From a phage, in assembly GCA_018175275.1 (NCBI GenBank), contig GCA_018175275.1_4531.1: DNA of 64,000 nt; one strand, given 5' to 3'. A model generated the notes under the pieces. It saw nothing but the letters and a program-made list of their open reading frames with translations, made no database searches and had not been told where the DNA came from. The translations under genes were made by a program, and so were the position numbers. Positions 54,014 to 62,110 of the stretch are shown one piece after another (positions within the stretch are counted from its first letter, which is position 1; every line of letters begins with the position of its first letter).

Positions 54014-54062
54014 TTCATCTCCTCATTGGCTATCTGTTATGTCATCCATTATACAAACATCT

Positions 54063-54431
54063 TTATTCAATGCAAGCATTATTTGCATCTTCAATGCGAT
54101 CTTTCACCCATTGAAGACGTAACGTGTTGGTATGACACGCCAAGTTTATACACTCTGAAAGGTAATCCATGCAATCTGCATTGAACGGAAGATTGTAGTC
54201 CAGCCCTGCACATGTAAATTGTTTCCTCATTTCATATTTCAAACGGTCTAACAAATGATCACGCCATCTTCTATCTTCTTCTCTAGTTGCCTCACCAACA
54301 AAATCATCTACATAATCTACCAGACAACCACATAAGCCACTCGTTGTGCGATTCATTGCAGGATAGTTGGCAATCCATGCTTTGTAGAAGCGAAGCAATG
54401 TTGCACTACTCAACGGAATATTATTTGTCAT
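54063..54431 (-). CDS. paralog family A protein
   Basis: Internal ATG of track ORF 54063..54446 with AAGGAGAG upstream; FYKAWIA, GLCGCL, PFN, RLQWVKDRI. Confidence 0.55.
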   Translation of the reverse strand: MTNNIPLSSATLLRFYKAWIANYPAMNRTTSGLCGCLVDYVDDFVGEATREEDRRWRDHLLDRLKYEMRKQFTCAGLDYNLPFNADCMDYLSECINLACHTNTLRLQWVKDRIEDANNACIE

Positions 54432-54765
54432 TTTTCTCTCCTTCATAATCCTGAATTCTATCTAGCACCCATTGTATACGATGTTTGTTTTTATGGCAAA
54501 TATGTTTTTTATGTTCGAAGGTGTATTCCTCATAACCACCTTCATTAAACGGGAAATTGTAATCTAGTCCTGCACCAATAAACTGGGATTTCATCTCTTG
54601 TTGTAGACGAGGTAACAGTTCATCAGGGTATGTTCCCTCTACATACTTAATCAAACATATGCACAAGCCACTCGTTGTGTGACCTTCTACCTCACCAGCA
54701 AGCCAAGCTTTGTAAAACTTCATTAGACGTAAACTACTTAACGGAACATTTTTACTCTCTTGCAT
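54421..54765 (-). CDS. paralog family A protein
   Basis: FYKAWLAG, GLCICL, PFN, RIQWVLDRI; AGAGGAGAT upstream. Confidence 0.6.
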   Translation of the reverse strand: MQESKNVPLSSLRLMKFYKAWLAGEVEGHTTSGLCICLIKYVEGTYPDELLPRLQQEMKSQFIGAGLDYNFPFNEGGYEEYTFEHKKHICHKNKHRIQWVLDRIQDYEGEKNDK

Positions 54766-56360
54766 GACAATCTCCTCTCATCGTTAGCCATCTTTCATGG
54801 CAATCATCAATCACCAACATCATACGATCAATCTTAAGGAATTACAATCGAATTACCATAGGGGATTCCTATCAATTATCCCATATATACCGATTATTTT
54901 TGACACCCCACTCTTGTATAAAAAGTAACCCAAAATATCTACGGGGAGAGATTATTTCGGGACACCTTGTTTCATGGCAATCATGGCAAGAATATCTAAT
55001 AGAATCAATATCCTATGGCAAAAATCATGGCGCATACGTAAGAAGTGCTTAACGCGAATTTTCGGGCCGTCAGGTCCACGCAGCGACAATTCCCAAATAT
55101 CATGCGAATGAGAATAATTATCATTCGTATTCAATGACTTATGCAAGGCTCATGCCAACATAGCGACAAGGTGGGCCACCTGATTATAAATCACACAAAT
55201 ACTTATTTATCAATGGTTTGGCAACTTCATCATATGACGGAACACTGTCAACTAATCCCGCTCATGACAAGCAGACTATTATTTATATGAGAATGATTAT
55301 TATTTAAACGTTTATTAACATAAAAACTAAAATAAATCAAGAATTTTCTGATTTTATTTACGTTTAAGAGAACTTGCTCAACATTCCCGCCTGTGGCGGT
55401 AACATTTCGCCCCCAAAATTATTGACTTTTATTCTATTATGTGCATAGTGTGCAATGTATCGGAATGATGATAATCATCCTCCCATTGCCCCCATAATTA
55501 TTGCCTTGCTAATCTTTTCATTGCTAATCATTACAATGATTATTGTTATTGCGCTAATGTTATGATCTTGGTAATTACATATAATGCTAATAATAAGCCA
55601 GCGCAATAAGTGTAAGCGTCATTACGCTTGCAATTATTGCAAGCTACGCAGTAACAAGAAATAACCGTCACCGATGGTTATGATTGTTGGGGTGTAGTTG
55701 GCTTATTATTAGCTCGCTATGTGTCCGGCATAGCGTGCTAATGATGACTCTGTGAATGATTCGTTTTGTAATGATTTCATTCATGCACTATTTTGCTAAT
55801 AGTTATTATTTTAATGGTTTCGTTTGTTATTGTTCGTTAGTTGGTTGTTTTGTCGTGTTATCGTTATTTTGCTTAGTATTCATCATGGTTTGATTGTTTG
55901 TCGTTATCAATCATCTTGCTATTATTCCTTTGATTATGATTAGTTTGCTTATTGTTTTATGTTGTTTGTTGGTTAGTTGTTGCGAACTATTATCAACATT
56001 ATAATTATGCGCTTATATTGCATAGATAATCATGGGTAGATGATAATGGTTATCATTGCACTAGAAAGGAGGTAAAAGGGTGTTTTTGATGGTTTGTTGT
56101 TGGTTGTTGATCGATTTTAACCGCTCTAAATGGCTCTCTAACAGCCTGTAACCCTGGGAGGTATGGTTATTCGTTTGCTGGTTGATTAGCTCGATACCGC
56201 GATTTATTCAGTTTTGTTCTGTGTCGGTTTTTCATAGGCGGAACCTATTGAGAAGATGATAAATAAACTTGTTTGTTATTGTCTGATTAATAGGGTTAGT
56301 CTATCAACATTGTTCGGGCAAAAAGAAAGGGCGCTTGGTGCGCCCTTGTTTTGTTGTCAA
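54766..56360. other. ORF-free island with iterons, palindromes and strand-compositional skew
   Basis: No ORF >=60 aa with SD on either strand over about 1.6 kb; six (T/C)GCTAAT copies at 55505-55805; C-poor G+T-rich plus strand 55800-56000. Confidence 0.5.
56318..56348 (-). terminator. rho-independent terminator
   Basis: Minus strand AAGGGCGCA-CCAA-GCGCCCTT followed by UCUUUUU. Confidence 0.55.
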
Positions 56361-56594
56361 TTATAACGCTTCATAGATTGAGTAGATCCGGTTTGCCAGG
56401 TCATTACGAAAGCGGAATTTTTCATCACGTTTAATCATCAGATCCTTAAAACCGCATTCTTTCAATGCTTCATTAACTTTATGGCGGCAAACGTTCATAT
56501 TATCCTGCGCGTCACCAATAAACTTATTACTGTGATGCATTGCTTTGATCTCTTCCTCTAACACCAGGGCAACTACTGCGATCATCTTTTTCAT
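56361..56594 (-). CDS. hypothetical protein
   Basis: 77-aa ORF; AGGAAGAGG upstream. Confidence 0.55.
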   Translation of the reverse strand: MKKMIAVVALVLEEEIKAMHHSNKFIGDAQDNMNVCRHKVNEALKECGFKDLMIKRDEKFRFRNDLANRIYSIYEAL

Positions 56595-56623
56595 GCGTCT
56601 ATCCTCTTCCTATTGCGTTCAAT

Positions 56624-56639
56624 GGGGCGTTACCGCCCC
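56624..56639 (-). promoter_or_regulatory. intercistronic RNA stem-loop
   Basis: GGGGCG-GUAA-CGCCCC between co-directional genes. Confidence 0.4.
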
Positions 56640-56648
56640 GCTTATGGT

Positions 56649-56885
56649 TTATTGATTGATGTTATAATGAAAGTTATTTTCTTCAATAGCTTTTAAAATA
56701 AAAGCCGTGATCGCTTTCGTGTCTACTTGTTCGAACGTATCAGAATAGCACCAATAATAATCATCCCCTACTTTCGGCGGGTAAACCTGGACAAGGAGAT
56801 CGCCACCTGGTTGATCTATAAGCTCAACATGCAAGCCGGATGATTCAGCGGTTTTAACGGCGTTTAATACTGTTGCAATACTCAT
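56649..56885 (-). CDS. hypothetical protein
   Basis: 78-aa ORF; AGGGAAAGA upstream. Confidence 0.55.
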   Translation of the reverse strand: MSIATVLNAVKTAESSGLHVELIDQPGGDLLVQVYPPKVGDDYYWCYSDTFEQVDTKAITAFILKAIEENNFHYNINQ

Positions 56886-56905
56886 AATCTTTCCCTTTCT
56901 GATGT

Positions 56906-56921
56906 GGGGCGTTGCCGCCCC
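56906..56921 (-). promoter_or_regulatory. intercistronic RNA stem-loop
   Basis: GGGGCG-GCAA-CGCCCC between co-directional genes. Confidence 0.4.
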
Positions 56922-56929
56922 TTTGTTGA

Positions 56930-57229
56930 TTAGATCGCTGTTTCCAGTAGTTCGGCTAACGTCTTACCGCCTGATAGTTGGTCTAACGTTTGCTCTTCTG
57001 GCAAGAAATTAGCTGATATTAAACCGACTTGATTCCCTTTGTGCCAGTTAGCCTGGCGGATGATTCCATCCTTTAAGGATTTTACCGCCATTGTGCAACC
57101 GTCGCCAAATGATTCATTTTTATGGTCCATCACTTCATAAGCGCCCAGTTTGCTGCTGTTAGGCACCATTAACGCGAACACATCACCAACAACCAGTTTT
57201 TCTACGGTAACAATAGCGATAGTTTCCAT
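56930..57229 (-). CDS. hypothetical protein
   Basis: 99-aa ORF; GAGGAAAA upstream. Confidence 0.55.
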   Translation of the reverse strand: METIAIVTVEKLVVGDVFALMVPNSSKLGAYEVMDHKNESFGDGCTMAVKSLKDGIIRQANWHKGNQVGLISANFLPEEQTLDQLSGGKTLAELLETAI

Positions 57230-57244
57230 TTTATTTTCCTCATT

Positions 57245-57305
57245 ATCGGCGGCACCATTGCCGCCCTACGTGGTAAATATTAGCACACTGGCGATCTGTG
57301 TCAAT
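57245..57305 (-). promoter_or_regulatory. PeSL-like cassette (early promoter + 5' stem-loop)
   Basis: Minus strand TTGACA, TAnnnT-type -10, GTAGGGCGGCAATGGTGCCGCC hairpin. Confidence 0.55.
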
Positions 57306-57310
57306 ACTTT

Positions 57311-57697
57311 TTATTCAATATAAATCAAATTATCTTCACCAATGTAAGCCGACACGTTCGGCATAAACTTAGCTGCATTTGTTAGGCGGTTCGCCGTGTT
57401 AGTGGTGTATATTTCAGGGCGATCCCAAAATCCTACGCCGTGACCGTTACGGGTAAAATGTAAATCATTCCCGATCTGGTTGGCTGTTGCGCCGTCGCTC
57501 ATTGCCTCAGAGATAGCGGCAAGATTAGCATTAATAAAGGCTGTTACATCCTGGGCGATCCGTTCGTCCGCGCTAGGAGAAAAATCATAATCGTCTAAGT
57601 TATCAATAAAATTACCTTCATGATCCCTGGCTGATTCAGCAAAAATAAAGGCTTCTTTATAGCCGTTGATGATTTCAATAATGATTTCTGTTTTCAT
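57311..57697 (-). CDS. hypothetical protein
   Basis: 128-aa ORF; start overlaps upstream stop. Confidence 0.55.
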   Translation of the reverse strand: MKTEIIIEIINGYKEAFIFAESARDHEGNFIDNLDDYDFSPSADERIAQDVTAFINANLAAISEAMSDGATANQIGNDLHFTRNGHGVGFWDRPEIYTTNTANRLTNAAKFMPNVSAYIGEDNLIYIE

Positions 57698-57909
57698 GCT
57701 GTACGCTCGACAATAATAATGGTTTGCGGTATCTCGTTTTCTACTACTAATAAGGCTTTTTTCTGCGTGATAGATATTTTAACACGTTGTAAAGTAGCGG
57801 TAAAATCTTTCATTTCATTATGCGCGGATTTAGTGCAATGCCAGATCTCAGGCTTACCTATTTGCAAGCCGCGTAAAAATTCTGTTTTACCTGTCTTATT
57901 CGTGATCAT
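57694..57909 (-). CDS. hypothetical protein
   Basis: Internal ATG of track ORF 57694..57918 with AGGTGA upstream. Confidence 0.5.
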   Translation of the reverse strand: MITNKTGKTEFLRGLQIGKPEIWHCTKSAHNEMKDFTATLQRVKISITQKKALLVVENEIPQTIIIVERTA

Positions 57910-57919
57910 TTGATTCACC

Positions 57920-58024
57920 TTAACCGATACCGTGGGAAGATAGGATCATATTAGCCATAGTTGCAACCACTCCAACCGATAACGCCAGGCCCACTATTAC
58001 AACCGTGAAAATTTTCTCTAACAT
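57920..58024 (-). CDS. small hydrophobic peptide (about 34 aa)
   Basis: Not in track; directly downstream of PeSL; MLEKIFTVVIVGLALSVGVVA. Confidence 0.3.
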   Translation of the reverse strand: MLEKIFTVVIVGLALSVGVVATMANMILSSHGIG

Positions 58025-58039
58025 GATTCTACCCTCATT

Positions 58040-58105
58040 AATGGGCGTTGCCTTATTGCCCCGCCCTATGTCGTACACTTTACCAGATAACCGCGTATTG
58101 TCAAA
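58040..58105 (-). promoter_or_regulatory. PeSL-like cassette (degenerate stem)
   Basis: Minus strand TTGACA-16-TAAAGT then GGGCGGGGCAATAAGGCAACGCCC. Confidence 0.5.
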
Positions 58106-58300
58106 CTATTTTTTACAAGGGATCAGTAAACTCCTTGCTACTGCTTCACGTAAACCTTTACTTTTTATTAGATCTATTGTTGCAGGGTGGCAAGTAAAAG
58201 CCTTTGACCATTTTTGATCACCTGGTTTACGGGCGAAAATGTATACTTCCCCGTCGATTTCATCCCAACGAGTATTGCTTGTTAATTTTTTAAGCGCCAT
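58106..58300 (-). CDS. hypothetical protein
   Basis: Internal ATG of track ORF 58106..58330, whose first 10 codons lie in the PeSL hairpin. Confidence 0.5.
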   Translation of the reverse strand: MALKKLTSNTRWDEIDGEVYIFARKPGDQKWSKAFTCHPATIDLIKSKGLREAVARSLLIPCKK

Positions 58301-58319
58301 GATGATTTCTCTTTTAGTT

Positions 58320-58380
58320 GTGAGCGGCACTATTGCCGCCCTACGAAATACATTCTATCAAGTAATAAACTATTGTCAAG
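58320..58380 (-). promoter_or_regulatory. PeSL-like cassette
   Basis: Minus strand TTGACA-16-TAGAAT-7 nt-GTAGGGCGGCAATAGTGCCGCTCAC. Confidence 0.6.
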
Positions 58381-58564
58381 ATTTATTTTACTTCCCAAAC
58401 GGAAAATTCGCTGCCTGTTGGGATCATCTTTTTAATCTTGTTTGCTGCCGCTACCAGGTCAACGGCTTGCACTGTAATAATATAACCAATTGTTGAGGCT
58501 GTTGCGTTGAAAGTTTTCATTATATTACCCTTTAATACAGGCGGGATTAATCCCGCCTTGTTGA

Positions 58565-58735
58565 TTACTCTTCATCGTTGCCGTTATAGTATTCAATGCC
58601 GTTTTCATCGGTTACGGTGATGTTAACGCCACCGATAGCAACACGATCACGGGCAAACGTCATAGCTTCATTTAAATCTTCAGACCAAAAAATATTGTGA
58701 CCTTTGCGTGATACATAAAACATAGTCGGGATCAT
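58565..58735 (-). CDS. hypothetical protein
   Basis: Internal ATG (residue 29) of track ORF 58565..58819; upstream part is the PeSL. Confidence 0.5.
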   Translation of the reverse strand: MIPTMFYVSRKGHNIFWSEDLNEAMTFARDRVAIGGVNITVTDENGIEYYNGNDEE

Positions 58736-58754
58736 GATTTGTTTCTCTTCTGTT

Positions 58755-58820
58755 ATGAGCGGTGGACCATTCCGCCGCCCTATGTGGTAAACTTTACTAC
58801 GTTGTTTGCCTGCTGTCAAA
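58755..58820 (-). promoter_or_regulatory. PeSL-like cassette
   Basis: TTGACA plus GGGCGGCGGAATGGTCCACCGCTC hairpin. Confidence 0.55.
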
Positions 58821-59105
58821 TTATTTTTTAATGTTTTGCCCTACAAAATTGATCACTTCCTTAAGCTGTCTCTCTGTCATGATCGTACCTGGTAATTCCT
58901 CTTTAATTTCTTCCGGTAAATAAATATTACCACGCCAGGTTAACAAACAACCGTTTTGATCTTCGCAGATAGAATAGGAAAACATCCATTCGCAATCATT
59001 TTCAAGCTCCCAAAAACACAAAAAGTCTTCTTTCCCTAAGTTTTCAACGGTTAAACATAATCCGCGACGTGCTGCATAATTACTTAGGCTTTTTGTGATT
59101 TTCAT
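58821..59105 (-). CDS. hypothetical protein
   Basis: Internal ATG (residue 18) of track ORF 58821..59156; upstream part is the PeSL. Confidence 0.55.
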   Translation of the reverse strand: MKITKSLSNYAARRGLCLTVENLGKEDFLCFWELENDCEWMFSYSICEDQNGCLLTWRGNIYLPEEIKEELPGTIMTERQLKEVINFVGQNIKK

Positions 59106-59121
59106 GATTTTTCTCTCTTCT

Positions 59122-59183
59122 TGTGAGCGGCACCATTGCCGCCCTACAAGATACATATTACCAGACTAAGCCGACTTGTCAAA
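59122..59183 (-). promoter_or_regulatory. PeSL-like cassette
   Basis: TTGACA, GTAGGGCGGCAATGGTGCCGCTCACAA. Confidence 0.6.
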
Positions 59184-59293
59184 CTATTTTTTCTTTTTCT
59201 TTGCTTCCAACCGTCTAAGGTTACGGCTTGACTTATTGCGCAAGGCGCTTAGATCGTCGTACCCTTTCCATGCTTGCATATCTTTCGGATTCA
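59183..59293 (-). CDS. small basic protein (about 36 aa)
   Basis: Not in track; GGGGA upstream of ATG; Lys-rich tail. Confidence 0.3.
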
Positions 59294-59303
59294 TGTTATC
59301 CCC

Positions 59304-59465
59304 TTACTTGTTAGCCGGATTATATGCCAGGACCGCGCCGCTTGCTTTCACGCTTTCCGCTTCATAGTTGCGCAGATCGTTTTCTGTAAGGTTGAGCGCG
59401 ATCACTTCCTCGATCTCAACGTCAGCGGCAAGGGCGATCTCTTTGATAATGTCTGTTGTTTTCAT
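59304..59465 (-). CDS. hypothetical protein
   Basis: Internal ATG of track ORF 59304..59504 with AAGGTG upstream. Confidence 0.45.
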   Translation of the reverse strand: MKTTDIIKEIALAADVEIEEVIALNLTENDLRNYEAESVKASGAVLAYNPANK

Positions 59466-59475
59466 AGTACGCACC

Positions 59476-59595
59476 TTATAAGATGATTGATAAGATAGTG
59501 ACAACGAAAGTGATTATACTGATGGCAAATGTCATCTTTTTACCTTCGGATACTGCCGGATTTTCTACCGTGTATTCTACTATGTACTTGCTCAT
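59476..59595 (-). CDS. small membrane peptide (about 39 aa)
   Basis: Not in track; hydrophobic C-terminus FAISIITFVVTILSIIL. Confidence 0.3.
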   Translation of the reverse strand: MSKYIVEYTVENPAVSEGKKMTFAISIITFVVTILSIIL

Positions 59596-59614
59596 CGTGT
59601 AATCCTCTCGTTTG

Positions 59615-59690
59615 CTTTGAGAACTATTCCCGCCGCCCTATGAATTAAATATACACTATCTGAAAATGATTGCAAGCCTTTTTCTAAATT
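59615..59690 (-). promoter_or_regulatory. PeSL-like cassette (degenerate)
   Basis: TTGCAA-18-TATTTA then TAGGGCGGCGGGAATAGTTCTC. Confidence 0.45.
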
Positions 59691-59692
59691 AT

Positions 59693-59977
59693 TTATGCAG
59701 TAAACAAACCATCATTTACAACGGCGGCGATGATCTCCCGTGCCATTGATTCAGGGAAAGGGGCGCTATAGTCCTGGCTTGTCTCATCGGTATCAGTGAT
59801 CCAATGATAAGCTAACGAGTAAAAGCCTTTACTAACTGTTTTCAGTGAGATGATGATCACTCGGTCAAGCTTATTGGTGAATGTTGCCGTTAATGTGTTA
59901 CCCTCCTGCGTCATGTTGGACAAGTAAGCGGGATCATTAATCAGGGAAAACATTAGCACGATGTTAGCTTTACTCAT
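59693..59977 (-). CDS. hypothetical protein
   Basis: Internal ATG (residue 11) of track ORF 59693..60007 with GAGGA upstream. Confidence 0.5.
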   Translation of the reverse strand: MSKANIVLMFSLINDPAYLSNMTQEGNTLTATFTNKLDRVIIISLKTVSKGFYSLAYHWITDTDETSQDYSAPFPESMAREIIAAVVNDGLFTA

Positions 59978-59994
59978 GATTGCATCCTCAAAGG

Positions 59995-60055
59995 GGCGCG
60001 GCACCATTGCCGCCCTACGCGATAACTATAACACAATATAAAACAGGATCAACCT
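59995..60055 (-). promoter_or_regulatory. PeSL-like cassette
   Basis: TTGATC-16-TATAGT then GTAGGGCGGCAATGGTGCCGCG. Confidence 0.55.
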
Positions 60056-60261
60056 TTATTTTTCCACGGTGTCAGCTTGTTAATCATTGGTGATAAATAG
60101 CGTTTACCAACGTAAAACAGTACGCCAACTGATGCAACGGCGGCGATCTCATGTAAGGAGGAAGGTCGCGCGGTGTCATAGTAGGTACCAATAATAGCAA
60201 TAGCGGCTACTGCGGCAATGTCTGTAATAATTTTTTCTTGTTTTGTTGTGATAGTGGTCAT
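60049..60261 (-). CDS. small hydrophobic protein
   Basis: 70 aa; IAAVAAIAIIGTYY and VASVGVLFYV segments. Confidence 0.5.
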   Translation of the reverse strand: MTTITTKQEKIITDIAAVAAIAIIGTYYDTARPSSLHEIAAVASVGVLFYVGKRYLSPMINKLTPWKNKG

Positions 60262-60277
60262 AATGTTTTTCTCTTTT

Positions 60278-60340
60278 ATGTGGTCGGGAACTATTCCCGC
60301 CCTACGTGATACATCTTATCATACTTGGTTATGCTGTCAA
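60278..60340 (-). promoter_or_regulatory. PeSL-like cassette
   Basis: TTGACA-16-TAAGAT-7 nt-GTAGGGCGGGAATAGTTCCCGACC (compensated stem). Confidence 0.6.
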
Positions 60341-60346
60341 CCGTTT

Positions 60347-60532
60347 TTAAAGATATTTTATGCTAATGACGTTTTCAGGTTTAACCTTGTTGTGATGTGC
60401 ATCAACATAGATCAAACCATCGTCAGAAAAGCCCAGGATCACGCCCTGCGCGATAAAACCATACGCATCACGGTAACGCACGGCTATTTTTAATGTTGCG
60501 TTGTAGGCTGTTTTAAGCTCGTTTAAAGTCAT
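60347..60532 (-). CDS. hypothetical protein
   Basis: 61-aa ORF; GAGGAT upstream. Confidence 0.5.
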   Translation of the reverse strand: MTLNELKTAYNATLKIAVRYRDAYGFIAQGVILGFSDDGLIYVDAHHNKVKPENVISIKYL

Positions 60533-60551
60533 TTTTGTTTATCCTCTACAT

Positions 60552-60582
60552 GTAAAAAGAAAGGGCGCTTGATGCGCCCTTG
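60552..60582 (-). terminator. terminator-like hairpin (near-duplicate of 56318-56348)
   Basis: AAGGGCGCA-UCAA-GCGCCCUU then U-run on minus strand. Confidence 0.45.
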
Positions 60583-60588
60583 TTATGT

Positions 60589-60735
60589 TAATCCTCTAAA
60601 TCCATCCAATTATATTTGTCACTCTTCCCGCGCTTTGTTTTATTGCGCTTGTCGCCTTTGCGGATCACTTCCTCGTTCCAGGCCTTGCGGATCTTGGAAG
60701 ATTGAATTTTTTCTGCGCGATTAGATGTATTCATT
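60589..60735 (-). CDS. small basic protein (about 48 aa)
   Basis: Not in track; GAGGAAACAAA upstream; K/R-rich. Confidence 0.35.
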
Positions 60736-60749
60736 TTGTTTCCTCTTCA

Positions 60750-60808
60750 TATGAGCGGCACCATTGCCGCTATATTGTTAATTTAAACTGTTTTGTAAAA
60801 TTGTCAAG
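60750..60808 (-). promoter_or_regulatory. PeSL-like cassette (degenerate)
   Basis: TTGACA plus GCGGCAATGGTGCCGCTCA hairpin but no GTAGGG box. Confidence 0.45.
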
Positions 60809-60813
60809 GTTTA

Positions 60814-61167
60814 TCATTCATAAGAGCAAGCAAGGATCACGCCTGCAATATAAAGCCAATAATTTTCCCTTTCTCGTTGGATTTTATCATCGCTGCTATT
60901 CTCTTTAATGTATCCCCAGGATGTTAACAGGCGATCAATTTCCCAATATTCGAAAGCGATATTGATATCTGATGGCAAGCCTTGTAACCATGATGCAAGT
61001 GCTTTAACAATACTATAATTAAAACGTGATTGGTTATCAGGGTACCAGTACTCGGAATTAAAACGGCGCATCAATTCCGCGATCTTCTCTTTTTCGGTTG
61101 TAATACCGTAATCATTAAAATCGATAGCGGCAAGGATGTACTCTTTAATTGCATTTTGTGCTTTCAT
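60814..61167 (-). CDS. hypothetical protein
   Basis: 117-aa ORF; GAGAGAAAG upstream. Confidence 0.55.
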   Translation of the reverse strand: MKAQNAIKEYILAAIDFNDYGITTEKEKIAELMRRFNSEYWYPDNQSRFNYSIVKALASWLQGLPSDINIAFEYWEIDRLLTSWGYIKENSSDDKIQRERENYWLYIAGVILACSYE

Positions 61168-61184
61168 GGTCTTTCTCTCTTTTT

Positions 61185-61245
61185 GAGCGGGAAACCATTT
61201 CCCGCCCTATGTGTAACAGTTTACTAAAAATTAAATCGGTGTCAA
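61185..61245 (-). promoter_or_regulatory. PeSL-like cassette
   Basis: TTGACA-16-TAAACT then TAGGGCGGGAAATGGTTTCCCGCTC (compensated stem). Confidence 0.6.
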
Positions 61246-61248
61246 GCT

Positions 61249-61470
61249 TTATTTTGTTACTACCATTTGGTACCCTGTTTCAATGTTGCTAAACACTGTT
61301 ATCCCGTCCTGACGTTCACTCATTAGCATACAAGGCGCTAACATCCTTTCTACTGCCTTGCACTCATTATAAGCGGCGGTGATGTCTCCTGCTGCCTTGT
61401 CTTCTGTAGTAAATGTCTCGTTTACGTAAACCTGACCAGCAACAACGGCGACAATAGCAAAAGTAATCAT
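61249..61470 (-). CDS. hypothetical protein
   Basis: 73-aa ORF beginning MITFA; AAGGAAAC upstream. Confidence 0.5.
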   Translation of the reverse strand: MITFAIVAVVAGQVYVNETFTTEDKAAGDITAAYNECKAVERMLAPCMLMSERQDGITVFSNIETGYQMVVTK

Positions 61471-61544
61471 GATGTTTCCTTGTTAATAGTGGTTTCTCTT
61501 CTCTATAGCGCCCATTATAAGGCGCTATAACGAAAAGTCAACGA

Positions 61545-61712
61545 TTATTTTTTAAGGCTTAAAGTACCTAACTTGTCAGCATGACGCAGACCAGGGAAGA
61601 TCCATTTGCCTGATTTATCTTTTACCGGAGCTTTAAGCGTAGCGCCCAGGTTGGCGGCGTTAACTTTACGTGCAACGTTGCGAGCGGCTTCACGGGTAGC
61701 GAAAGTGATCAT
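61545..61712 (-). CDS. small basic protein (about 55 aa)
   Basis: Not in track; begins MITFA like the downstream gene; GAGGAAAAC upstream. Confidence 0.4.
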   Translation of the reverse strand: MITFATREAARNVARKVNAANLGATLKAPVKDKSGKWIFPGLRHADKLGTLSLKK

Positions 61713-61729
61713 GATGTTTTCCTCTTCTC

Positions 61730-61800
61730 TTTGTTAGGCGGTTGGCTATTCCACCGCCTTGATGAATACAGTTTACTTTATTTTTGCAGTATTGCAAGCG
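61730..61800 (-). promoter_or_regulatory. PeSL-like cassette (variant)
   Basis: TTGCAA-16-TAAACT then GGCGGTGGAATAGCCAACCGCC. Confidence 0.5.
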
Positions 61801-61803
61801 GTT

Positions 61804-62019
61804 TTATGAAATAATTGTCAAAGTAAAATTGTAATCCTTTGACAGTTTATATTGCACCTTGTTACCATAGTAGTCACCTTTACGTAAAGATCCACGAATA
61901 CCGATAACATCCTTCACGTCTTTTAAATTTTTCACGCCTGTAATGTCTTTATTGAAATACTCGTCATCTGAAAATAAAACTTGACTTGCATTTTTCAGTA
62001 AAGTGCGGATATTAGCCAT
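61804..62019 (-). CDS. hypothetical protein
   Basis: 71-aa ORF. Confidence 0.5.
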   Translation of the reverse strand: MANIRTLLKNASQVLFSDDEYFNKDITGVKNLKDVKDVIGIRGSLRKGDYYGNKVQYKLSKDYNFTLTIIS

Positions 62020-62039
62020 CGTGATAATCTCTCTTCTGT

Positions 62040-62101
62040 TGTGAGCGGCACCATTGCCGCCCTATGTAATATATTCTACTCTTTTTCTTTCCGGTGTCAA
62101 C
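62040..62101 (-). promoter_or_regulatory. PeSL-like cassette
   Basis: TTGACA then TAGGGCGGCAATGGTGCCGCTCAC. Confidence 0.6.
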
Positions 62102-62110
62102 AATCTTTTT

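Noticed and set aside
54952-55146. Track ORF 54952..55146 (64 aa) in the ORF-free island
   Set aside because: No SD upstream, Cys/His-rich low-complexity translation, and it overlaps the CATGGCAATCATG palindromic repeats.
54766-56360. tRNA gene cluster in the ORF-free island
   Set aside because: Scanned both strands by eye for T-loop (GGTTCGAAT-type) and D-loop consensus within cloverleaf spacing; none found. Only a tRNA scanner could fully exclude divergent tRNAs.
58565-60007. N-terminal extensions of track ORFs 58565..58819, 58821..59156, 59693..60007 and 58106..58330
   Set aside because: The first 10-28 codons translate the conserved promoter and stem-loop cassette (e.g. ...VGRQWCRSQEERKIM...); the real start is the internal ATG after the SD.
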